DNA from: Felis catus
Taxonomy: Eukaryota
Assembly (NCBI RefSeq): GCF_018350175.1
Contig: NC_058383.1
Location: 5,024,001 to 5,088,000 of the forward strand
Length of the DNA: 64,000 bases
Direction: 5' to 3'
In this document: positions 1-12,323 of the stretch, piece by piece
Position numbering within the stretch: position 1 is the first letter of the stretch
Layout: every line of letters starts with the position of its first letter
Notes under the pieces: model-generated
What the model was told of the DNA's origin: nothing
Database searches by the model: none
Seen by the model: only the letters and a program-made list of their open reading frames with translations
Made by a program: the position numbers and the translations under genes

Positions 1-344
1 TGCCCTGGCCCTGCAGGTGGCCGGGGTGGGGGGGGTCAGCTTCTCTCTCTGAGACACCTGCAGCCCCTTTGAACCATCCCTACCCCAGAGGCATCACAGA
101 CCTGATGGGTGAGGGACCGCTCATTTCTTACTGGCAGAGTTTCCCAACCCAGACTTGGGAACCCCCACGCCAAGCTTCCAAGAGCCTCCACTCACAGCCC
201 CAGGTACACATATGAGTCACAGTCCTCACAGACTGAGAAATACTTCCCTGTCCCAGCCGCGCCCCGCCCCCCTCACCCCCTCAGGATGCCTCCTCTCTGC
301 CAGGGAGGCAGTGAAAGCCAATGCTGGGGGGAAAATTAGTCTTT

Positions 345-1075
345 AGGGGAATGCACATCAAAACCACAATGAGAGTACCACTTAACATCCATTAGGATGG
401 CTATAATAAAATTTTGAAAAGGAAAAAAACAAATACTGGCTAAGATGTGGAGAAATTAGAACCCTAGTGCACTATTGGTAGGAATGTAAAGTGGTGCAGT
501 TGCTGTGGGAAAGCTTGGTGGCTCCTCAAAAAGTTCAACATAGAATCACTATATGATGCAAATTCCACTTTTGTGGATGTACCCAGAAGATTTGAAAGCA
601 AGGGCTTAGACACCTGTATGTACTCCATGGTTCACAGCAGCACTACTCACAGGAGCCAAAAGGTAGACGTAACCCAAGTGTCCATCACAGATGAGTGGAT
701 AAACCAGATTGTGTCTGTACAATGGAATATTATTCAGCTTTCAAAGGGAATAAAGTTCTGATACCTGCTATAAGTCGGATGAACCTTGAGCCATTATGCT
801 AAATGAAATGTCAGACACAAAAGGACACTTACATGAGGTCCCTAGCGAAGTCAAATTCCTAGGGACAGAAAGTAGAATGGCATTTGCCAGGGGTTGGTGG
901 AAGGGAGGAATGGGGAATTGTCTAATGGAGACGGATTTTCAGTTTGGGAAGATGAAAAAGTTCAGGAAGCGGATGGTTGTCATGGTTTCACAACAGTGCG
1001 GATGTCCTCCATGCCACTGAACTATTCTCGGAAGTGGTTAAAATGATAAATTTAATGTATATTTTACAATTTTTA
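345..1075 (+). mobile_element. Old L1 (L1M-type) 3' fragment
   Basis: aatgcacatcaaaaccacaatgag...gatgtggagaaattagaaccc...atgaaccttgag..attatgctaaatgaa: end of L1 ORF2 and 3'UTR motifs. Confidence 0.8.
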
Positions 1076-4000
1076 AAGTGATTGCTAGAAAAATGATCAC
1101 ATCCTTGGATATCGTGTCAATGTTGTCATAAAGGTTTGGTTTTTTCTGTTTAAGTTTGTTATTGAAGTGATCTTGGCACCCCACATGGGGCTTGAACTCA
1201 TGACCCAGAGATCAAGAGTAACATGCTCTTCTGACTGAACCAGCCAGACGCCCCTCTGAGTGTCTCTTAATTCTGTTGTTCTGTGATCATGGTAACAAAC
1301 TGGGGAGAGGGGATTATAGGGCGGTGGCTCCTGCCTTTACAAGAACTTTGGCTTGTCCTCTGCGTGAAATGGGAGATGGTTCACTGAGATGTGACTTAAT
1401 GTGATTTACTTTTTTAAAGGACCATTTTTTTTAAAGCTTTATTGGAACATTCAGATATACACAGAAATAGAGTGGCTATATATGCATGTCTCCATCACCC
1501 ATCTTCAGTAAAGCTCCGCTCTTTGCTCATCTTGTTTTACGTTTTTCCTCAGGCCTACACCATCTTCGTCTCCTCACCCCACCCTGGGGCGTTTTTTAAA
1601 AAATCTCAGACTGGATCACTGTTTTGCTTTTTAACTTTTACTCTGAAATGCTTGGACTTGGAGAAAAGTTGTGAAAAGAGTGCCAAGGGCTCCCATAGAC
1701 CCTTTGCCCACCTTCTAATGTTGGGATGACTGTACCGTGGCACAGTTCTCAAAACTGAGAAATGAACATCAGTCCAATACTATTTGGATATCACCAGTTT
1801 TTCCTGCTACGTCCTTTTTCCTTTCCAGAACCCCACGCTGCATTTAGTTGCTGCGTCTCCTCCAATCAGTGACACTTCCTTAGCCTCGTCTGGTCTTTTC
1901 TGTCCATCAGTTGGACATCCAGGCTGTTTTCACTTTTGGGCTGTTACGAGCCATGCTCCTTGGGAACATTCACGTACAGGGTTTGTGTGGACATGTTTTC
2001 ATTTCTCTTGGATATTAGCTAGGAGTTATTGTATAACAATAATCCTGTTTTGAACCATTTCAAAAGGGTCACTCCTGCACACCACAGTTGAGGGCGGAAG
2101 CAGGGAGACTCTTGGGAATGCTGGAGGGAAACGGGCCAAGGCACCTCATCAGCAGGGGACATACTGGGAGGCCCTTGCCGTGTGGTGTATTTTGGCGTTT
2201 GAGCCAACACACCTTCCTTAAAAGACATGGTGTGTGAGAGAGACTCAATCATGTTTCTTGTGAACTACCCATGTTCTTGGCCCATTTTTCCGTTGGGTTT
2301 TGGTGGTGGTCTCAATTTCTTAGAGCCTTGTTGAAAAGGTTTTTTTGTTTGTTTTTGTTTTAGCTATTTGACTTTATGGTGTGTGTTTGACATACTGAAA
2401 TTTATTTTTTAATCTTGTTTCTTCCTTCCTTCCTCCCTTCCTCCCTCCCTTCCTACCTTCCTCCCTACCTAAGTCCAGTGTGGAGCTTGAACTCACAACC
2501 CTTAGATCAAGAGTTACATGTTCTCAACAACTGAGCCAGCCATGCACCCCCGAAATTTATTTTTATGTAGTTAAATTTAATAATCTTTTCTGACCTTTGG
2601 GTTTGTCCTAGTCAGAAGGCCTTCCTGACTCTTAGGTTATGAGGAATTCAGCCCTATTTTATTCTGGTAAATATGTATATATATTGTGATACGGATCCAA
2701 ACTGCACTGCCATCAAAACTTGGTGTGAATGACATTTTTGTCCTTGCGTGTATGTTAACTTGTGTGTGTGTAAGCTTCGAGAAGAGCCCTGTTTGTCCTA
2801 ACACCAGCACCTAGAACAGTCCTGCTCAGTGTCGGGGCTCAGTGAACACTTACACGTTGAATCTGTAGCAGAAAATCGTAGGAGTAGAATCCCGGAGGAA
2901 AGGTTATATGCCCTTGTGAATAATTTTTCAAGTTAAACACCCAACTTGCCCTCCCCTGGGGTTTCTCGTACTCTGCTTCCTCCGGCGATGCAGGGGGTAC
3001 CTCCGGGTGCTCCCTGTTCGCTGGTCGGCCACCGCAGCTGGGTCTGGGCTTCTACCCCTCCACGGAAACGCACTGGTGTGTGTTGAGGCCACTTAACACG
3101 GTGCCATCAGCGGGCAGTGCTGTGTGTCCTGCTTTACAGAACCCCTCAGCCGCGTTGTTATTGTTCATCCCCTAAAACAGTGTCGACGATGGTGCTGACA
3201 GCAGCTGTGTATGTGAGGCCGGTCAGAGGGGACGCCAGGCGCTTTCACACATTGAGTCCTCACAGCACCGTGAGGACAGAGGACTGTCTGAGGCCCCCGA
3301 GCCGGGACACAGCCTGGCACTCAGACGTGTGAGTGTGCCTTTGGTCCGGGTGAGAGGAGGACGACACAGGGCGGTGGCTAGTGAGAGCTGCACAGTTGGC
3401 TCTTAAGGGCAGGTATGGTCGGGATGTGCTGAGTGATTAGTGACAGGAACTCTGCACTCGCAGTGCTTCCTGTGGTTATGATTCAGCTTAGTGTGGACAT
3501 GACTGAGTTGTTGTTTCTCATCCTCTAAGCAGGGTAACAATTTTTAAGTTTTACTTTTTTAAACTTAAAAGTTTATTTATTGTGTGTGAGAGAGAGCGTG
3601 TGCGAAAAGGGGAGGGGCAGAGAGAGAGGAAGGGAGAGAATCCCAAGCAGGATTTGCCCTGTCAGCGCAGAGCCCCGTGTGGGGCTCGAACTCACGAACC
3701 CTGAGATCATGACTTGAGCTGAAATCAAGAGTCGGACGCTTAACCAACTGAGCCACCCAGGTGCCCCTAGATTTTAGTTTTTATTTCCTTAAGTAATCAG
3801 CATGTCCACCATGGGGCTTGAAGTCACGACCCCAAGATCAGGAGCTGCACGCGCTTCCGACTGAGCCAGCCTGGTGCCCGTAAGCTGGGTAGCAATTTGA
3901 GGAATGTGTGTTGGCCACTTGCTCAGTCTGATGGTTTTAGTCACGAGCGCAGCGATGTTAAGGTCTGCGAATGTTCACGTCTGGAAGCCGGGCGAGGCCA

Positions 4001-4764
4001 GGATGGGCCTGGAGCGTGTTTGTGAGCCATTGTAAGGCAGGACGCCAATCCAAGCCCATTGTCCCAACCCTGCTGTTGAGCTGTCTTCTCGCCAGCCCCC
4101 TTTGGGAATAGCCTTGCCAGCTGGCTTTCAGCAGCATAGAGGCCAGGATATTTTTAGTTTACGGAGCAGTGTATCCAGACTGTCAGGTCCCTGAGGCCAT
4201 TAATAGCTCAGGTTAGAGAAGGTAAGGTGACAGCAGTCTGAGAGGGCAGCAGCTGCCTAATTGGGTCAGGCCTATTGTCATGCAGCGGGTCAGCTGCGTC
4301 CAGCAGGCAAGGATTTTGGTGGAAGATGATTTCTCGTGTCTGGACTGGAGATCATGGGCATACCCTGATAATCCTGTTGCCCTGTGCACATCACCCCTCT
4401 GGTCTTGTGGTTCCATTTTCAACCTTTGTCATCTTTTTGTGGGGGGATGTGGGGTGAGGGAGTACATTCAAGAATTTACTTCCAGTATTGGGCTTGATTT
4501 TTCCTGAATCATACTGTCTTGAACTTCAAAATAGACTCTTTCCTTCATTCTGATGGTCAACATTTTGGGGGATAAGTTTGTTTGCCACAGTTTATGTTGC
4601 TTATTATTGGGGAGTGGAAATGAGATTTCTAGGGACAAGGACAGTTAACTGTATAATTGTGTATAACTGTATAACTGTATAATTGTGTACTTTATTGGGT
4701 ACAACATAATGTACATATATATATATATATGTAACGGAGTGAGAATAAGTTACAAAAAATATTT

Positions 4765-5120
4765 CACAAAGACAAATACCATGTGATTTCACTTATATGT
4801 GGAATCTAAAAAACAAAACAAATGAATACACGAAAGCAGAAACAGACCCATAAATACAGAGAACAAACTGATGGTTGCCAGAGGGGAGGGGGTCGGAGAG
4901 ATGGGAAAAATGGGTGAAGGGGGACGGAAGTACAGGCCTCTAGTTACGGAATGATTAAGTCACGGCACGGAAGGTACAGCATAGAGGATATAGTCAGTGG
5001 TGCTGTGATAGTGTTGTTTGGTGACAGATGGTGGCCACCCTTGCATGGCAGAGCATGATGCATAGAATTGTCAGGTCACTTTGTTGGACACTTGAAAGTC
5101 ATCTAACTACTTCAATAAAA
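4765..5120 (+). mobile_element. L1 3' end (carnivore-type) fragment
   Basis: aaagacaaataccatgtgatttcacttatatgtggaatctaaaaaacaaaacaaatgaa...gagaacaaactgatggttgccagagg, ending in aataaa. Confidence 0.8.
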
Positions 5121-5672
5121 CAATATTTCATAAATGACTACATGCTTAGAAGTTATTTGAAAGTTATTTCTGGCTCTCAAAATATAAGTAATGTGTGTGT
5201 CTAATATCAGAAGAGTTAGCTAGTTGAGGAATCAGAGCCAAAATGTTTTCCTGGACCTGAAGTACTTTTGTCAAGAGATTAAATACGTAATTACTGAATT
5301 TACTAAAGAAGTAGATCTTCAGTGAACAGTTTATTCTATCGGGGCATCTGGCTGGCTCAGTCAGAAGAGCATGCGACTCTTGATCCTTGGGGTTGGGAGT
5401 TCGAGCCACATGCTGGGTGTAGAGATTACTAAAAAAAATAAAGAAACTTAAAAAAAAAACAAAACAAGAATTCTAGGGGTGCCTGAGTGGCTCAGTTGGT
5501 TGAGTGTTTGACTCTTGATTTTGGCTGAGGTCATGATCTCAAGGTTCATGGGATCAGGCTTGTGCTGACAGTGCAGAGCCTGCTTGGGATTCTCTATCCT
5601 TTGTTCTCTGCTCTCCCCACCCCTCTCGCGTGCATGCTCTCTCAAAGTAAATAAACTAAAAAAACCTGTTGT

Positions 5673-5900
5673 GGGGCGCCTGGGTGGCGCAGTCGGTTAA
5701 GCGTCCGACTTCAGCCAGGTCACGATCTCGCGGTCCATGAGTTCGAGCCCCGCGTCGGGCTCTGGGCTGATGGCTCAGAGCCTGGAGCCTGTTTCCAATT
5801 CTGTGTCTCCCTCTCTCTCTGACCCTCCCCGGTTCATGCTTTGTCTCTCTCTGTCCCAAAAATAAATAAACATTGAAAAAAAATTAAAAAAAAACAAAAA
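5673..5900 (+). mobile_element. Young feline CanSINE (SINEC_Fc-type)
   Basis: ggggcgcctgggtggcgcagtcggttaagcgtccgacttcagccagg head, (CT)n, AATAAA/A tail; TSD AAAACCTGTTGT. Confidence 0.9.
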
Positions 5901-6285
5901 AAAACCTGTTGTAGCATTAATAAATATGTGATTATTTTAGTGGTACCTCAGCTAAGTATTTTAACACAATTCTGGAAAACCTCCATCTTTCTGAACGGCA
6001 CTAAGTTCTAGTACAAGGACATACTGAAAATGGTTAGAACTAATTTTCCTGAGAGTTGGCCCCTGTTAAATGACGTGTTTTTTTTCTTAAGAATTCTTTT
6101 AAAACCTATTTTAATATGTATTAAAAATATATTTGAGAATGCTTCAATTTCAGAAAAAATGTTCGTTTAGTACATTTCAAATCAGTAAAGTAAATGGAAG
6201 GTTTGAAAGAATGTGCTTTGCAAAGTTACTTTGAAAGAACTGGCCAGGGAAGCTGATGAGATTTTGAGGTGGTGAACTTTGAAAG

Positions 6286-6567
6286 TACATTTCATCCTTG
6301 AACAATGTGGGGGGTTAGGAATGCTGACTGCTCTGCAGGTGAAGATCCACATATACATTTGACTCCCCTCCCCCCCCAAACCTAACCTTCCAATAACATA
6401 GTTGATTAACATGTATTTTGTATCATATACTGTATTCTTACAAAAAATAAGCTAGAGGAAAGAAAATGTTATCTTCAGGAAGAGAAAATACATTTTATAG
6501 AACTGCACTATATTTATTGAAAAAGACCTGTGCATTTCAAACCGGTGTTGTTCAAGGGTCAGCTGTA
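6286..6567. mobile_element. Tigger-type (MER8/Tigger2-like) MITE
   Basis: Degenerate terminal inverted repeats tacatttcatccttgaacaa...tgttgttcaagggtcagctgta with TA ends. Confidence 0.65.
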
Positions 6568-6766
6568 TTGGTTTTGAATTGTCCCCAGAATCCATACTTA
6601 CAAGATTGCACCTCTTAAAAGTTCTCATCACAGGAAAAGAATTGTGATTATGTGTGGTGGTGGATGTTGACTTGTGGTGATCATTTTGTAATATTTGCAA
6701 ATATTGAATCATGTCATACACCTGAAACTAATATAATGTTAGGTCAGTTAAAAAAAGTGTATTTTA

Positions 6767-6986
6767 GGGGCGCCTGGGTGGCGCAGTCAGTTAAGCGTCC
6801 GACTTCAGCCAGGTCACGATCTCGCGGTCCGTGGGTTCGAGCCCCGCGTCAGGCTCTGGGCTGATGGCTCAGAGCCTGGAGCCTGTTTCCGATTCTGTGT
6901 CTCCCTCTCTCTCTGCCCCTCCCCCGTTCATGCTCTGTCTCTCTCTGTCCCAAAAATAAATAAAAAACGTTGAAAAAAAATTTTAA
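6767..6986 (+). mobile_element. Young feline CanSINE
   Basis: Full-length copy; TSD AAAAAAGTGTATTTTA at 6751-6766 and 6987-7002. Confidence 0.9.
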
Positions 6987-7159
6987 AAAAAAGTGTATTT
7001 TACATTTGTGTATTACTTTATACTGTTCAAATACATTTTTATCAGGTCTGTACAGAAATGGTCACATTTCTCTTGGTAAAAAGTTGGGTTTTTTTGTTTT
7101 TGTTTTTTTTTTTTAGTTTGTTTATTTATTTATTTATTTATTTATTTTTAATTATTTTT

Positions 7160-7369
7160 TTTTTTTAACGTTTATTTATTTTGGGGACAGAGAGAGACAG
7201 AGCATGAACGGGGGAGGGGCAGAGTGAGAGGGAGACACAGAATCGGAAACAGGCTCCAGGCTCCGAGCCATCAGCCCAGAGCCTGACGCGGGGCTCGAAC
7301 TCACGGACCGCGAGATCATGACCTGAGCCGAAGTCGGACACTTAACCGACTGAGCCACCCAGGCGCCCC
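7160..7369 (-). mobile_element. Feline CanSINE
   Basis: Full-length antisense copy ending gccacccaggcgcccc; a second antisense SINE follows at about 7378-7571. Confidence 0.9.
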
Positions 7370-7829
7370 TAGTTTATCTATTTTTGACAGAGACAGAGTG
7401 AGAGCATGAGCTGGGGAGGGGCAGAGAGAGAGGAAGACATAAAATCCGAAGGAGGCTCCAGGCTCCAAGCTGTCAGTATGGAGCCTGACGCGGGGCTCAA
7501 ACTCACAAACTGTGAGATTATGACTTGGGCTGAAGTCGGACGCTTAACCGACTGAGCCACCCAGGCGCCCCTATTGGTAAAAAGTTTTGAGCATGCCCTA
7601 CAAATAGAGATGTATGTATTTATTTATGAACTATACATTTTGCTCTACCAAAATATGGTATATATTGTAAAACATGGAAAAAGTTAAAAGGGCAATGAGA
7701 TAAAGTGAACTAGACACAGATCATCTGGTATTTTCTCCTCTGTTCGTTGAGGTGGGATCACTCCACTTCTAGACTAGAAGACTGTATGAAATTTAGCGTT
7801 TACTTGGAGCTAAGTTGTTTGTGTAAGAA

Positions 7830-8600
7830 ACACGACTAACCACCCTCTTTTTGAAGCGCTCAGTGCCGTTGGTGTCTATGACCATGAGTTTCTCAAGGTG
7901 CTTTGTGCCTTCCTCCTTGGTGGCTCTGGTGGGCCCCGCACTAGATCTTGGTCGGACCCGGCCTTCTGTATCGTACCATCTTTCTGTCTTCTCTTTGGAT
8001 GTGTTTTACCAGGGCCATCATTTTATCTACCTCCCCAGAGCTGGAGACTTCAGAATTAGGTCCTCAGTTCTGACATCACTCTTGAGCTCATGACTTGATT
8101 AATAATCCAGTTGCTTGCCCAGTTCCCATAGTCAGCCTCTTTGTGTCCCCATCTGAGCTGTTTGATGCTCCTCCCGACCTGCTGCTCCTTTACATTCTCT
8201 GTTAATGACACCTTCGTTACCCAGAATCGAAAGTCAGAGAAACCTGTGGTTGTCTCTCTTTCTGCCATCTGTCAGCCACCAACTGGGAAAATGCTCCATC
8301 TCTCCCCTTCCCTCACAGCTTCACTTCTTTGCCTGCACTATTGGAATAACCTCCTAATTGGTCTAACGTGATTCTTGTCCAGTCAAGCCACCACACTGCA
8401 GCCAAGTAATCTGAAATGCACATCCAGCCCAAGAAGATCCCTCAGTGACTTTCCATCACCTGCTGATGGAGGCCACGCTCCCTGAACTGTGGCCACTGCT
8501 TCTCGTGAGCCCCTGTTGGCTCCACGGCCCCATCCCTTAGCTCTCTGCTCCTGCTTCAGCCTCCAGTAATACCTGTTTATTTCCTTCCCAGTGTACCCTC
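7830..8600 (+). mobile_element. L2 remnant
   Basis: L2-like motifs such as ctttgcctgcactattggaataacctcctaattggtct and ccacactgcagcc. Confidence 0.55.
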
Positions 8601-10627
8601 TTTAACTTTTCAAAAAATGTAACACACATACACACTCCTCTAGCTTAGAGGAGTCTCCTAGTTCCCCTAGTTCAAGAAACTGCAGCTTCCTGCCTCCCAT
8701 TTCTCTGTCCCCGGTGCCAAGCCTTTCAGCTACAGCTGGTTCTCCTGGTGCGTGTTTCTCTGTCTTGGAATTACATTGTGTTTTTGCTTCTGGACTCTTC
8801 ACTCTTAGGCTTTGTCTTTGTCTTACTGGGGGAGATGAGTGTCAGCTCTTTCACCGGCTTCTGCCTCACGCCTCACTTTTGCATCCCTCCTTTTCCCAAC
8901 AGAGTTGTGCGTTTTTGTTAGATCGATGCTCCTTAGGCTAGTCTCTTAGAAAAATGATTAAATACAATTTATGTATTTCTTTATTTTACATGTATTGATG
9001 CTCTGGGGTTATGGTTGTTTTTTTTTTTTTAATGCTTTTTTTTTAATGCTTATTTATTTTTGAGACAGAGACAGAGCATGAACGGGGGAGGGTCAGAGAG
9101 AGAGGAAGACACAGAATCCGAAGCAGGCTCCAGGCTCTGAGAGCTATCAGCACAGAGCCCGACGCGGGGCTCGAACTCACAAACTGTGAGATCATGACCT
9201 GAGCCGAAGTCGGTCGCTCAACCGACTGAGCCACCCAGGCGCCCCATGGTTGTTTTTTAAAGGAGCCCAGGTCAGCATTTTTTTTAACTCGTTAATGAGG
9301 GAACTATTGAGATATTATGATCAGTTTAAAGAAGAATTTAGGGGTGCCTGGGTGGCTCAGTTGGTTGAACATCTGACTCTTGATATCGGCTCGGGTCATG
9401 ATCTCATGGTTTGTGGGTTCGAACCCCTCATCGGGCTCTCTGCTGTCAGCACAGAGTCTGCTTCAGATCCTCTGTCCCCCTTTCTCTTTGTCCCTCCCCC
9501 ACTTGTGTATGCAGTCTTGCCCCCAAAATAGATAAACGTTAAAAAAAATTTTAAAGGAGAATTTAGACAAAACATACGTTATCAGGAATGCCACAGTGAA
9601 GTTACAAGTGGATGTAAAATTTGTATCGACAGGGGAATAATCATTTGCATTCCTCTGGACAAAACGTTTATTTCTTTGGATAAGAAATAATTTGCCAGGG
9701 CGCCTGGGTGGCCCAGTCGATTGAAGGTCCAACTTTTGGTCTCAGTTCAGGTCATGATCGTAGGGTTGTGGGATTGAGCCCCATGTCAGGCTCTGCACTG
9801 AGCATGGGGCCTGCTTAGGATTCTCTCTCTCTCCCCCCCCCCTGCCCCCTCTGCCGCTTGCATGCTGTCTCTCTCTAAAATTAAAAAAAAAAAAAAAATT
9901 GCCTTCTCATATTTTCTATAACTTACAGAGTTTGTGAAGCAGCTCAGAGAAAGGAGTAGGGCCCCGTAAACTTAGATAACCCTAAGGATGCACTGGACAG
10001 GGCACCGTGTCATCGGGTCTATTTCATGGCCTTTCACAGTCTTTCCTGACCTCTTTCCCGTTTGGAGCATAATGATGTCAAAGAAATATTGCTCTTGGTA
10101 ACAGAAAAAGGCTGCTCCCATTAGGGTTGCAGGTGCAGCAAGAGTGTTAGCCATACGGGCCACCTTGAGTTTGCTCTTGAACAGCACTGAGGTCACAAAT
10201 CAGATCAACTTCTGTCCTGAAGTTTTCATGCAGAATCTAAGCTTGGGTGTTTGTTTGTTTCTTATTTGAAAGGGTTCAAGTGAGCGAGGGACAGAGAGAG
10301 AGAGAATTCCACAAGGGGCAGAGAGAGAGAGATAGAAGCAGGGCTCACTTGAAGTGGGACTCGCGTTTTTACCCCAATGGGGCTAGTGTTCACCTGAAGC
10401 AGGGCTCAAGCTCACCTAGTGTGGGGCTCGTGGTTTGTTTTCTTGTTTTTGTGTTTTGTTTTGTTTTGTTTTTACCTGAAGCAGGACTTGAGTTCACCCT
10501 ATGGGGGACTTGAACTTACAAACCATGAGATCATCACTTGAGCCGCAGTCAGATGCCTAAGCCCAAGAAACTTTCTCCTCATTTTTACTTGTAGTACCTT
10601 ATAAAGTCGGGTAAATTATTCTCTTAC

Positions 10628-10913
10628 CAAAGCTCCAAAATTTGCTGCAGTTCCTGACCTGCCAGCTGTTCCTTACCACCTTGAGGCCGTGATGTTGTAT
10701 GCCAGGACCCCTCCACGCTGGCTTTTCCTGAGAGGGCTTTGTAGACATGAGATCCATAAATAAAGTTGACCTTGATTCCTTAAAACTGGCTTGTCATGCC
10801 TGAGTCACTGAGAATCATTCTCAAATAGGACACACATCAGGTAAGGCCTTGGTTTGCGTAATTGAATGACTTAATTATATTCTGATTAGAGAGAGGACAA
10901 ATTTTTATTGAAC
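10628..10913 (-). pseudogene. Candidate decayed exon with canonical splice sites, weakly SEA-like
   Basis: Acceptor tttagttatttctgtAG|G and donor TTG|GTAAGA. Frame GSIKICPLSNQNIIKSFNYANQGLT*CVSYLRMILSDSGMTSQF*GIKVNFIYGSHVY has only two stops over ~95 codons. Confidence 0.4.
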
Positions 10914-11439
10914 CTACAGAAATAACTAAATAGCTCTGAAAAGTACAAAGCCTAAGAGTGTATCTTTTTCTTATTTTTAAGTAAGTATTTTTAGGAAACA
11001 CTGCATTAATAAAGTACTGGTTTTTTTGGTTTGTTTTTTAATATTGTTCTTTTTGTTATGATCTCTAATTGGTAGGTTGTCATCCTGTTTTTTTTTCTTT
11101 TTAATGTTTTACTTATTTTTGAGAGAGAGAGAGAGACAGACAGACAGTGTGAGCAGCAGAGGGACAGAGAGAGAAAGGGAGACAGAATTCGATGCAGGCT
11201 CCAGGCTCTGAGCTGTGAGCACAGAGCCTGACGTGGGTCTCGAATCCACCAACCGTGGGATCATGACCTGAGCTGAAGTCAGACGCTCAACTGACTGAGC
11301 TGCCCAGGTGCCCCCATCCCGTTTTCTATCAAAACGTAGGAATCCTTGGTACCAGAGACAGCTCAAGAGATCTTCATATTTGTCAGGAAACCACCTGATG
11401 TGTGTAGGCTCTTTTAAGACTCTGTCTTCCTAATAATAC

Positions 11440-11462
11440 GTTAATTTGGTTATCTTTTCCAG
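11440..11462 (+). promoter_or_regulatory. 3' splice acceptor of the SMIM10L3/FAM220A terminal exon
   Basis: gttaatttggttatcttttccAG|G: branch-like TTAAT, pyrimidine tract, and CAG ending at 11462, followed by in-frame VHIEIH*. Confidence 0.85.
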
Positions 11463-11483
11463 GTTCATATTGAGATCCATTGA
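11463..11483 (+). CDS. SMIM10L3: Last 6 codons and stop of a small integral membrane protein 10-like protein (SMIM10L3/SAGSIN1); the rest is in an upstream exon outside the window
   Basis: Directly after the acceptor ttatcttttccAG the exon reads GTT CAT ATT GAG ATC CAT TGA = V-H-I-E-I-H-stop in phase 0. This matches the ...RLQVHIEIH C-terminus I recall for SMIM10L-family proteins; human SMIM10L3 shares its locus with FAM220A. Confidence 0.8.
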   Translation, partial: VHIEIH

Positions 11484-11543
11484 AGGCCTTCTGCTGACTG
11501 ACAAAGGCAGGTCATCAGGCTACCACACCAGAAAACACGCAGC

Positions 11544-12323
11544 ATGAGGGACAGAGTGGGGGCTCTGGGCACCCGCCCCGGGAAGGTGAAGGGGGCAGGA
11601 GGGGACTCAGACAAGTTGCCGTGTGGACTTGAAGGAGCACAGGGGGAGAGCCCTTGCCCGTCCTCCCGGACGCACATGCCTGTGGATGACGTAGATGGAA
11701 CTTCCCAAAATGAGGAGTTGTCAACGGAAGTGAAAAATGCTCTGAGTGAGGTCAGCCTCTCGCTTCACAGTGGCAACAAAGCTCTTCCGTGTTTGAAAGA
11801 ATCATTAAGAAGAAGTTCAGCTCCCGCGGCGGCCCAGAGCAAGACTGTGGATCTGTCCTGTGCTCCTGCGGGAGAGCATTGTGCTGGGGTGTCGTGTTGG
11901 GGTGGGGGAGCTCTGGCGAGGGGCTGGCCGGGAGGAGGGCCCAGGGCCAGCGACAGCCACAGAGGATGGTGCCACAAAGGAGAGCCTTGGGGGCCAGGAC
12001 TACCGTGCCTTCAGAAACGGTCAGAAGTGGGGATTTGTGAGGAGGACCCGCCAAGTGCTCTTCTAGAGGGGCGAGGCTCCGAGTCGGAACTGTCTTGCCT
12101 GCATCTCGTCCGGTCGACGCTGCTGAGCGCACGCCCCGAAGTACTCCTGACTGATGAGACAGAATGTGTTTTCCTTGGCTGTTCAAAGCCCGCGTTTTCA
12201 GAGCAAACAGAATACAAGAAAACGCTCTCACGTGTACGAAGTCCCTCAGCCGATCTGCAGACAACAGCAGGGTTGCTGGCTCTACCAGCTTTGGAGGTCG
12301 CGAATCCGTTTGGCCGTAGTTAA
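11544..12323 (+). CDS. FAM220A: FAM220A (SIPAR, STAT3-interacting repressor; C7orf70) orthologue, 259 aa, CDS contained in one exon
   Basis: Intact ATG-TAA ORF with A at -3 (agcATG). The translation MRDRVGALGT...GGDSDKL...GGGPRASDSHRG...GEP...EDPPSA...PEVLL.DET...KP.FSEQT.YKK...GLLAL resembles human FAM220A (MRDRRGPLGT...GGDSDKL...GGGPRATDGHRG...DDPPSA...PEVLLSEET) as recalled, with the same length. Confidence 0.92.
   Translation: MRDRVGALGTRPGKVKGAGGDSDKLPCGLEGAQGESPCPSSRTHMPVDDVDGTSQNEELSTEVKNALSEVSLSLHSGNKALPCLKESLRRSSAPAAAQSKTVDLSCAPAGEHCAGVSCWGGGALARGWPGGGPRASDSHRGWCHKGEPWGPGLPCLQKRSEVGICEEDPPSALLEGRGSESELSCLHLVRSTLLSARPEVLLTDETECVFLGCSKPAFSEQTEYKKTLSRVRSPSADLQTTAGLLALPALEVANPFGRS

Noticed and set aside
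1..30. ctgcag|gtgg as the donor of SMIM10L3 exon 1
   Set aside because: The preceding codons do not read ...NVRLQ and there is no CpG island; exon 1 must be upstream of the window.
10831..10846. + strand donor-like CAG|GTAAGG as an alternative exon
   Set aside because: No convincing partner acceptor or frame identified; an isolated motif.
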